From the NCBI GenBank assembly GCA_964016885.1, contig OZ024764.1, positions 7,006,001 to 7,070,000 on the forward strand: a DNA stretch of 64,000 nucleotides, given 5' to 3'. Below the pieces are notes generated by a model, which saw only the letters and a program-made list of their open reading frames with translations, had not been told where the DNA came from and did no database searches. The position numbers and the translations under genes were made by a program. The stretch's first letter is position 1. Each line of letters begins with the position of its first letter. This document shows, in pieces, positions 58,302-64,000 of the stretch. The DNA comes from Eledone cirrhosa (taxonomy: Eukaryota).

Positions 58302-61300
58302 ACTCCACCGTCTCTTTCGCTCTCTCTCTCTCTTTTCCATTCTCCTTCTTTGTCTCCTCTCCCTCTCTCTATATCTCTCACACAACCACCGTCTCTTTCT
58401 CTCTATCCTTCTCTCTCTACTATATCATCATCATCATCATCATCATCATTTTACGTCCGTTTTTCCCTGCCTGCAAGGGTGGGACGGGTCTTATTCAGCA
58501 CAGCATCTCTACACTTATCACGGTCCTTCGTCATCTCCACCGTGAGCTTCAGCGATCTGAGGTCTGTTCTCACCACCTCCGCCCATGTTTTCCATGGTCT
58601 ACCTCTACCACGTCTTCCTTCAACTGGCATTTCCTGGCACTTCTTCACCCATCGGTCATCCTCCATGCGCATCACATGTCCATACCAGCTCAGTCTCCTC
58701 TCTCGCACACTACATTCTATCCCTCTCAGACACAGTTTCTCTCTCAACACATCCATGCTGGTTCGTTCACGCACATTGACACTGCACATCCAACGGAGCA
58801 TGCTTGCCTCATTTCTCTCCAGCCGTATATATATATATATACTATATATATATATATCATAAATACTATATATATGCTATATATATATATATATATATTG
58901 CAGCGTTAGGATACTTCCTCAACAGACAACCCTTCTACTCCGGTGTGATATTAAAGGAAGGATACCTCCACAAGTGTCGCTACTCCTCCAAGAAGTTGCT
59001 CAACCGGTTATCCTTCTCGTTCTCATTCAAGCCACAGTATTTTTGGCTTACCTACAAGGAACTCAGGTATTCACCCCTACCTGATAGCAAGGTCAGTCTC
59101 TGGTAGTTTTTAATGGTTACATGGTGTCTTCTTTTTCTTCTTATGTGTAGCTAATTGAACAAGGAACACTAATTTACAATTTACTGTTTCAACACAATGA
59201 AAAGCACAATAAACTATAGAACTGTAGGACTGTAGTGTGTGTATATCATCATCATCATTTTACATCCGCTTTTCCCTGCTTGCAAGGGTGGAACGGGAAC
59301 TGATTCTGGCTTGATTTCTACAGCTGGATGCCCTTCTTAACACCAACCTCATTTACAGTGAGTGCTGGGTGCTTTTTTTGCCGTGGCACCTCCACGACCC
59401 CTTTACAGTGAGTGCTGGGTGCTTTTTTTGCCGTGGAACCTCCACGACCACTTTACAGTGAGTGGTGGGTGCTTTTTTTGCCATGGCACCTCCACGACCC
59501 CTTTACAGTGAGTGCTGGGTGCTTTTTTTGCCGTGGCACCTCCACGACCACTTTACAGTAAGTGCTGGGTGCTTTTTTGCCATGGCACCTCCACGACCCC
59601 TTTACAGTGAGTGCTGGGTGCTTTTTTGCCATGGCACCTCCACGACCCCTTTACAGTGAGTGCTGGGTGGTTTTTTGCCGTGGCACCTCCACGACCACTT
59701 TACAGTGAGAGCTGGGTCCTTTTTTGCCGTGGCACCTCCACGACCACTTTACAGTGAGTGCTGGGTGCTTTTTTTGCCATGGCACCTCCACGACCCCTTT
59801 ACAGTGAGTGCTGGGTGCTTTTTTTGCCGTGGCACCTCCACGACCACTTTACAGTGAGTGCTGGGTGCTTTTTTGCCATGGCACCTCCACGACCCCTTTA
59901 CAGTGAGTGCTGGGTGCTTTTTTGCCATGGCACCTCCACGACCCCTTTACAGTGAGTGCTGGGTGGTTTTTTGCCGTGGCACCTCCACGACCACTTTACA
60001 GTGAGTGCTGGGTGCTTTTTTTCCCGTATCTATATACATATAGATAGATATATGTATAGTAAACTGTAGAACTCTAGCGAGTATATATATATATATACGA
60101 GGTGTGTCAGAAAAGTTCCAGGACTGATGTCACAAAAGATTTATTTCAAACCCAAACTTCACACTAAGAGTTTTCTCCTTCAAAGTAATCCCCCTGGAGT
60201 CTAATGCACTTTTCCATCCTTTTCTGCCACGCTTGCATGCACTCCTGGACGGATTCTTCCCCGATACTCCGCAGTTCTGTCATCACGGCCCTTTTTGATG
60301 TCATCCACGTCTTCAAAACGAGTCTCCTCCGGGTCGTACTTGAAGATCCATGACTCATCACCGGTGATGACTGTCCCTAGCAAGTCTGGTTCGGTTTCAA
60401 GACGCTCGAGGATGTCCTGGCACACTTGCATGCGTCGACCCTTCTGGTCATCGTTCAGCAGTTTTGGCACCATCTTCGTGCAGACTTTCCGCATGTCCAA
60501 ATCTTCAGTGAGAATCTTCCAGACGCTGTCCCGATTCATGCCCAGCTCATTTGCCATCAGTCGAACAGTCAGCCGACGATCGCTACGCACCATCTGCCTG
60601 ATGCGCTCAACGTTGACCTCAGTCCTGGTTGTTGAGGGCCTTCCGCTCCTGGGGTCATCTTGCACCACTCAAAAACACATGAGCGTGACATCGGCTCATC
60701 TCCATACACTTGCTGCAGCAATTCCAGTGCTTCTGACGGAGTTTTCAAGTTTGTTCGTTGCTCTGTGCTCATTGCTTAACAACCTGAAACAGAGGACATG
60801 TATATAAAATTATGAAGAAAAAAGTTTGATTGCTGCAGAGAGCTAAGATTACAGTTACATACTCCAGGGGGATTATTTTGAAGGAGAAAACTCTTAGTGT
60901 GAAGTTTGGGTTTGAAATAAATCTTTTGTGACATTAGTCCTGGAACTTTTCTGACACACCTCGTATATATATATATAAACAAATAGTAGAAAGGAAAAAG
61001 ATTTTTTCAGTAGAAAATATTGAAGAGATTCTTTCAGTGAAATATCAAAACATTAATTTATTTACAATATTAGTTTCAGCATTAAATGCATTGTCAATTG
61101 CGGATATGCTGAATATTGTTAAGTTGCATATTTGTACAAATAATGATAATAATAATTGTCTCTACTTTAGGCACAAGGCCAGCAATTACCCAGTGCATTA
61201 CTGGTACTTTATTTTATCGACCCCGTAAGGATGAAAGGCAAAGTCAACCTCGGCGGGATTTGAACTCAGATCATAAAGGGACGTAACTATGCTGGAAAGC

Positions 61301-62039
61301 ATAGCGTCCGACCCTCTACCTATACTGCCAATCCATAATAAATAATTGTTTCTACTTTAGGAACAAGGCCAGCAATTACCCAGTGCCTTACTGGTACTTT
61401 ATTTTATCGATCCCGTAAGGATGAAAGGCAAAGTCAACCTCGGCGGGATTCGAACTCAGATCGTAAAGGGACATAACTATGCTGGAAAGCATGGCGTCCG
61501 ACCCTCTACTGATACTGCCAATACACCGCCCTTATGATAATAATAATAATAATAATAAAAAGGGGAAGAAAAATTAATTTTCACATACATGTTCATTCAG
61601 AGAAGAGAGTTCATTTCTCTGTCCATCCTACTCTGTTAATAGGTTGGTTATGTGTATATATATATATATAGAGAGAGAGAGATTCCATACACTGGTGGTT
61701 TTTCCCTGTTTTATTGATAGCGCACTGTATATCTCTCTCTGGTGTGTTACCTTTTCAACATATTGTATTTTAAAGAGCTCAGGATTTCTTCTTCTTTGAG
61801 CACATTATTTACAGGGAATTGCGAGGGCCTATGGCTCCGTTAATTTATCGGTATATATATATATATATAGATATATATATAGTTATTCCGATGATTTGAT
61901 TCAGCATACACTGTATTGAAGGTTGAGTGACACAACTTCGAGTGATTAGCAACCTTTAGACACCCTAATCAATGAAACAATTGTTAATACTGTAAATAAA
62001 ACCTTTTTCGTACTGTTGACCATGTTATTCTTCACTCTT

Positions 62040-62095
<56 letters not shown>

Positions 62096-62442
62096 GTTAT
62101 TCCAGGATTCCTGATGATTTCTAAAGAATGAAACAGTTCTAGTCCTGTAGAATCTCATCTATATTAAAACTATATATATATATATGTATATATAATATGT
62201 TTATATATAATAAATTGAAGTGAAAACCAACAGATGTGTGTGTAATTATATATATACATATATCATTTCATTTCATTTTCATTTCATTTTACGTCCGCTT
62301 TTTCCCTGCTTGCAAGGGTGGGACGGGAACTGATTCTGGCTTGATTTCTACAGCTGGATGCCCTTCCTAACACCAACCTCATTTACAGTGAGTGCTGGGT
62401 GCTTTTTTGCCGTGGCACCTCCATGACCACTTTGCAGTGGAA

Positions 62443-62481
<39 letters not shown>

Positions 62482-63084
62482 ATTATGAAGAGAGAAGAAA
62501 CATTAGATATAATTAGTAATAAGATGTATCATACCTAAACTGCTTCTAAATTCCTCGACTACGTAGTTTCGTGGCATAAGCAAAAACAATACATCACAGA
62601 GATATAGAATTTTTGTGAGGTCTGCCGACTTATCAAGAGGATACCTCATTAAGGGTTTCAAAACACGTCTGTAAGATGCGAGATGGAGATAACTCAAGGA
62701 TAGATGTGGATATATTCATGTATATGTATGTGTCCGCATGTATCTGTGTGTTTCTCTATATATTCATCATCATCATTTCATTTTACGTCCGCTTTTCCCT
62801 GCTTGATTTCTACAGCTGGATGCCTTTCCTAACACCAACCTCATTTACAGTGAGTGCTGGGTGCTTTTTTGCCGTGGCACCTCCACGACTACTTTGCAGT
62901 GGAATGATAGGGACCCCAGTCCCTATCATCTCATTTCTACAGCTGAGTAAACTGGAGCAATGTGAAATAAAGTGTCTTGCTCAAGGAAACAACACATCAC
63001 CCAGTCTGAGAATTGAACTCACAACCTTTCGATTGCAAGGCCAATGCTCTAACCACTAAGCCATGTGCCTCCATATTGTGTGTG

Positions 63085-63162
<78 letters not shown>

Positions 63163-63497
63163 GTGGTTGTTGTAAGGTTGCAATAAATGCGGCCATAGGC
63201 GAATGCAGAGTCAGGTTCGATCTATAATTGATCCTGCCTTGAGCTGATCGTCGGAGAAACATATGTAATATGTTAATAAATTGTGTTTTAATGCATCACT
63301 GATTCCTCGTTATCTATAATATATATATATATATATCCTTATATTTCCTTTTGTCACAGCTACAGTCTGTGAAACAAACAGATCAGATATGTGCTGTAGA
63401 ACGGCTGGACTACAGTGCCTTTGGTAAAGACAATATCGGTCAGTTAATCAGCAACACCCCTGACAATGAACTTGAGATTCTTTATTTCCAAGCTAAG
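14224..63497 (+). CDS. GAP1-family Ras GTPase-activating protein (RASA4/CAPRI-RASAL1-like), multi-exon, 5' and 3' exons not found in window
   Basis: 15 GT-AG exons join with consistent phases into one frame giving C2A, C2B, RasGAP (arginine finger FRGNS, FLRFF motif) and PH domains, in the order known for RASA4/RASAL1. Confidence 0.95.
14460..15720 (-). mobile_element. Cluster of SINE copies with tandemly amplified tail (14460-14870) and three 82-bp tRNA-like heads (15480-15720)
   Basis: Repeated CCTGGACAGGACGCCAGTCCATC units; heads carry GGCCTAGTGGTAAGG and GGTTCGATTCC boxes. Confidence 0.75.
15838..15878 (+). ncRNA. Type I hammerhead ribozyme motif
   Basis: CGGTG-CTGATGA-tAGCT aaca AGCTt-GAAA-CTAG-TA-CATCG. 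Confidence 0.85.
16405..16750 (+). mobile_element. Full-length tRNA/CORE SINE with RTE-derived tail (copies at 13120-13462, 19985-20330, 57572-57905 and 62765-63072, all minus strand)
   Basis: TGGCTTAGTGG A box, GTTCAATTC B box, CCTTGAGCAAGACAC core, tail CCCACCCTTGCAAGCAGGGAAAAG..(GAT)n. Confidence 0.88.
17120..17580 (+). mobile_element. RTE/RTE-X-like LINE 3' end
   Basis: [26 protein letters not shown]; (GAT)n tail. Confidence 0.85.
17870..18605. repeat. 49-bp minisatellite TTTACAGTGTGGACTGGGAGCC...
   Basis: About 15 copies, grown from the RTE/SINE 3' region. Confidence 0.92.
19488..19820 (+). mobile_element. CR1/L2/Jockey-group LINE 3' fragment
   Basis: [11 protein letters not shown] and FK..LD..L..IPDEP C-terminal motifs; (TAA)n tail. 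Confidence 0.7.
19904..19954 (+). ncRNA. Hammerhead-like motif, U4A core (family pieces at 31750-31865 and 52595-52628)
   Basis: AGTTT-CAGAAGA-tccc gttaa gtgt-GAAA-GCA..TGC-TT-AAACT. Confidence 0.55.
20382..20443 (+). CDS. RasGAP exon (C2A): [20 protein letters not shown]
   Basis: ctaacag acceptor, gtaagc donor; phase matches both neighbours; C2 DD.IGKV motif. Confidence 0.92.
20685..21432. repeat. 107-bp tandem repeat, 7 copies
   Basis: GGGATAGGAGAG recurs at 20685, 20792, 20899 and onward. Confidence 0.92.
21541..22083. repeat. Minisatellite GTGTAGGTGCCATCAAG + (GTA)n
   Basis: Read directly. Confidence 0.9.
22288..22732 (+). mobile_element. CR1-like LINE 3' end with duplicated 3' UTR
   Basis: [21 protein letters not shown]...FK; two (ATT)n tails. 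Confidence 0.75.
22952..23087 (+). CDS. RasGAP exon (C2A/C2B): [46 protein letters not shown]
   Basis: Third of three tandem acceptors (cctgtag), gtaatg donor; W..L..V....E.QGEI motif. Confidence 0.92.
23367..23448 (+). CDS. RasGAP exon (C2B): [27 protein letters not shown]
   Basis: ttccag acceptor, gtaaga donor; C2 L..KD..G.SDPFV motif. Confidence 0.94.
23563..24455 (-). mobile_element. Tc1/mariner-superfamily (maT/DD37D-like) transposon relic with TIRs; solo end at about 12990-13043
   Basis: TIRs CAG(A/G)GTG(C/T)GGACGATATTTGTTCGCAA in TA sites; degenerate transposase KFPA..V.G..S, WQ*DS.PCHT and WPPS*PDCNP. Confidence 0.85.
24790..25295 (-). mobile_element. RLE-type (R4-like) non-LTR fragment
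   Basis: [22 protein letters not shown] and LQMAAIAGT motifs; TAA-type repeat at the 3' end. Confidence 0.7.
26173..26310 (+). CDS. RasGAP exon (C2B): [46 protein letters not shown]
   Basis: actag acceptor, gtaagt donor; WDWD...NDFLG Ca2+-binding loop. Confidence 0.94.
26480..27125 (+). mobile_element. Degenerate RTE LINE fragment
   Basis: [13 protein letters not shown] and MLHGSETW. Confidence 0.85.
27432..28215. repeat. 15-bp minisatellite TGGTAACCTACCCTA
   Basis: About 52 copies. Confidence 0.93.
29333..29430 (+). CDS. RasGAP exon: [33 protein letters not shown]
   Basis: aag acceptor (weak), gtacgt donor; WYRL.PR end-of-C2B motif; phases fit. Confidence 0.85.
29512..30052 (+). mobile_element. 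RTE LINE 3' end (family also at 51268-51480 and 58425-58824, minus strand)
   Basis: [17 protein letters not shown] and GRGRPRKTW; (GAT)n tail. Confidence 0.87.
30448..30855 (+). mobile_element. R4/Dong-like non-LTR element 3' end in (TAA)n, near-identical to 8851-9183
   Basis: RPD....D....IVDVACP RLE motif plus the same C-terminus; (TAA)n flanks. Confidence 0.85.
31270..31408 (+). CDS. RasGAP exon: [46 protein letters not shown]
   Basis: ttttcag acceptor, gtaatc donor; GSLR.......ETVLP..Y..L motif. Confidence 0.93.
31612..31647 (+). ncRNA. Minimal type I hammerhead motif (family copy at 54363-54398, minus strand)
   Basis: TCTT-CTGATGA-a-GGAC tagc GTCC-GAAA-CG-TT-AAGA. Confidence 0.78.
31981..33975 (-). 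mobile_element. Penelope-like element, 5'-truncated: RT thumb, linker, GIY-YIG endonuclease and hammerhead-bearing 3' terminal region
   Basis: ORFs 33290-34021 (SNHP, RISRLS, WFHPPYS) and 32488-33081 (CNCR..CPL, IYRC..YIGAT, CDLCL.E); hammerhead at 32197-32237; ends in (TA)n. Confidence 0.92.
32197..32237 (-). ncRNA. Hammerhead motif in Penelope 3' region (solo copy at 16235-16274, plus strand)
   Basis: CCC-TTGAGAA-GCCC aact GGGC-GAAA-CGTACG-TA-GG. Confidence 0.72.
34582..35335 (-). mobile_element. RTE LINE APE-endonuclease fragment with internal tandem duplication
   Basis: [22 protein letters not shown]; the first ~100 aa are present twice. Confidence 0.87.
35505..36280. repeat. (CT/CACT)n low-complexity pyrimidine tract
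   Basis: Read directly; ends at the exon acceptor. Confidence 0.9.
36284..36443 (+). CDS. RasGAP exon: [53 protein letters not shown]
   Basis: Follows a long CT-rich tract ending ccag, gtgagt donor; RasGAP N-terminal helices. Confidence 0.92.
37084..37534. repeat. 65-bp tandem repeat, 7 copies
   Basis: GAGAGATCA(C/T)AGCTCTG at 37084, 37149, 37214 and onward. Confidence 0.92.
37582..37624 (+). ncRNA. Type I hammerhead motif (family copy at 13946-13988, minus strand)
   Basis: GTCA-CTGAGGA-g-GTCACA gaatg TGTGAT-GAAA-gagt-TT-TGAC. Confidence 0.68.
38483..38527 (+). ncRNA. Type I hammerhead ribozyme motif (inverted copy at 38041-38085)
   Basis: AATATTG-CTGATGA-GATGT aata ACATC-GAAA-CTAG-TC-CAATATT: 7-bp stem I, 5-bp stem II, palindromic stem III, GUC site. 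Confidence 0.9.
38785..39186 (-). mobile_element. RTE-X-like LINE 3' fragment
   Basis: [27 protein letters not shown]. Confidence 0.8.
39224..39288 (+). CDS. RasGAP exon with arginine finger: [22 protein letters not shown]
   Basis: ttccag acceptor, gtaacg donor; [11 protein letters not shown] catalytic motif. Confidence 0.96.
39823..40100 (+). mobile_element. tRNA-derived MetaSINE-like element with triplicated 5' head (minus-strand copies at 9185-9375, 15112-15303, 16771-16960, 19342-19487, 30855-30985 and 61154-61532)
   Basis: GCCTTTCATCCT..GGGGTCGATAAAAT.AAGTACCAG resembles the Meta domain; (ATT)n tails. Confidence 0.8.
40230..40339 (+). CDS. RasGAP exon: [36 protein letters not shown]
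   Basis: ttatcag acceptor, gtatct donor; G..YL..TL and ELDP motifs. Confidence 0.94.
40373..44347 (+). mobile_element. Three tandem 1331-bp copies of a Tx1/L1-clade LINE 3' fragment in (TATC)n
   Basis: GGLG.P, CPRC...[11 protein letters not shown] zinc knuckle and AATAAA end; starts at 40373, 41704 and 43035. Confidence 0.9.
45021..45222 (+). CDS. RasGAP exon: [67 protein letters not shown]
   Basis: ccacag acceptor, gtgagt donor; S...CP..MR..F motif. Confidence 0.93.
45358..48021. repeat. 72-bp (69-bp variant) minisatellite, about 37 copies
   Basis: TAACATTTACATTACTCTATATATAC... unit fills the intron. Confidence 0.95.
48083..48220 (+). CDS. RasGAP exon with FLR motif: [46 protein letters not shown]
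   Basis: caacag acceptor, gtaggt donor; FLRFF.PAI.SP signature. Confidence 0.97.
48637..50335. repeat. 49-bp minisatellite (same unit as 17870-18605)
   Basis: About 34 copies, followed by an inverted partial copy at 50350-50420. Confidence 0.92.
52715..53000. repeat. 40-bp tandem repeat, 7 copies
   Basis: ACAGCACCTCCTGATATGTCCCCTGTTAGAACACCCCTGC. Confidence 0.9.
53433..53571 (+). CDS. RasGAP exon: [46 protein letters not shown]
   Basis: ttacag acceptor, gtaagt donor; Q.IGN and KE.W..PL motifs. Confidence 0.93.
54019..54056 (-). ncRNA. Type I hammerhead motif, U3-A8 variant (inverted copy 54134-54170)
   Basis: CCTT-TTGAAAA-GCAG aagaa CTGC-GAAA-CCGG-TA-AAGG. Confidence 0.75.
54278..54946 (-). 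mobile_element. Penelope-like 3' end: endonuclease C-terminus, 3' UTR and hammerhead
   Basis: Minus strand 54946-54880 reads [22 protein letters not shown] (PLE endonuclease C-terminal P.GLN motif); hammerhead at 54363-54398; same family at 31530-31725 (+). Confidence 0.7.
56095..56145 (+). ncRNA. Type I hammerhead motif (inverted copy 55507-55557; family also at 62106-62154, 13571-13617, and truncated near 2055)
   Basis: AGATTC-CTGATGA-tTTC aaat GAAt-GAAA-CAG ttctagtc CTG-TA-GAATCT. Confidence 0.82.
56581..56643 (+). ncRNA. Type I hammerhead motif (inverted copy ~56452-56514; relative at 55297-55360 with inverted copy ~55103-55166)
   Basis: ATTTTAT-CTGATGA-AAG..CCAAG attgg CTTGG..CTT-GAAA-TATATA-TA-ATAAAAT. 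Confidence 0.75.
56710..57275 (-). mobile_element. RTE LINE 3' end (same family as 5087-7357)
   Basis: [15 protein letters not shown] and the same 3' UTR. Confidence 0.85.
58904..59091 (+). CDS. RasGAP exon (PH start): [63 protein letters not shown]
   Basis: ttgcag acceptor, gtcagt donor; LKEG.L.K and FK..YF.LT PH motifs. Confidence 0.92.
59352..60022. repeat. About 50-bp minisatellite TTTACAGTGAGTGCTGGGTGC... inside a SINE
   Basis: About 13 copies. Confidence 0.9.
60098..60963 (-). mobile_element. Mariner-like transposon, internally deleted, about 100-bp TIRs
   Basis: TA-CGAGGTGTGTCAGAAAAGTTCC...CCTCG-TA; [21 protein letters not shown] and GDYFE motifs. Confidence 0.92.
61881..61991 (+). 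ncRNA. Hammerhead-like motif, U4C core, long stem II
   Basis: TATT-CCGATGA-tTTGATT...AATCAAt-GAAA-CAATTG-TT-AATA. Confidence 0.6.
62553..62640 (-). ncRNA. Type I hammerhead motif, U3-A8 core variant
   Basis: CCTC-TTGATAA-GTcGGC...GCCAC-GAAA-CTACGTAG-TC-GAGG. Confidence 0.78.
63360..63497 (+). CDS. RasGAP exon (PH): [46 protein letters not shown]
   Basis: gtcacag acceptor, gtcagt donor; I.AVE.L...AF and LY.QA motifs. Confidence 0.92.
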
Positions 63498-64000
63498 GTC
63501 AGTACAATGGTTTAACCCACTTCATCTCTCTCTATATAAAATTCTTTGTCTCTCTGTCTGTTTCCTATGCATTCTCAAACGGCTGGACCAAATCAAATTT
63601 TACAAGGTAAAAGTATTAGACCCCGGAAGTGTCAACATGAAATTTTTATTTTCATTTGGATTAAAACAATATATGATTTTATCTAGAATATTATTTTTAT
63701 AATCAACTATGGTAAACAACCACGACGACGACGACGTCACATTTTGTATATGAGTGTCTGTGAGTGTGTGTTTCACAGACTGTAACTGTGACAAAAGGAA
63801 ATATAAGGATACATATTTTTTTTTTTTATCGATCGACTTTCGTCAAATCGGACTGAGGAAACAATGTTTCCGTTGGTCTTTCTAGTTGCTAATACTATCT
63901 ATCGGTCGCAACTCCAGGTAGAAGGAGCAACGTGAAATAAAGTGTCTTGCTCAAGGACATAATGCATCACCGGGCCCGGGAACCGAACTCACAACCTCTC

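Overview
AT-rich, microsatellite-dense animal genomic DNA, probably a coleoid cephalopod such as Octopus (inferred from the SINE/RTE repeat content, not verified). The window holds 15 in-frame GT-AG coding exons of a + strand GAP1-family RasGAP gene (C2A-C2B-RasGAP-PH, RASA4/RASAL1-like) at 14224-63497; its first and last exons were not found. The surrounding DNA and introns are filled with RTE, Tx1/L1, R4/Dong-like, CR1-like and Penelope-like retroelements, two Tc1/mariner relics, tRNA-derived SINEs and many minisatellites. The main unexplained signal is more than 20 type I hammerhead-ribozyme motifs from a dozen or more distinct short elements in (TA)n tracts, many arranged as fold-back duplications. 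Two are directly attached to Penelope GIY-YIG coding sequence, and several carry a compensatory U3-A8 core or a U.U first pair in stem II. Two splice acceptors of the gene are unusual: one is triplicated so that the upstream copies give premature stops, and one has a 43-nt inverted copy in the next intron. All calls were read by eye; no alignments or folding programs were run.
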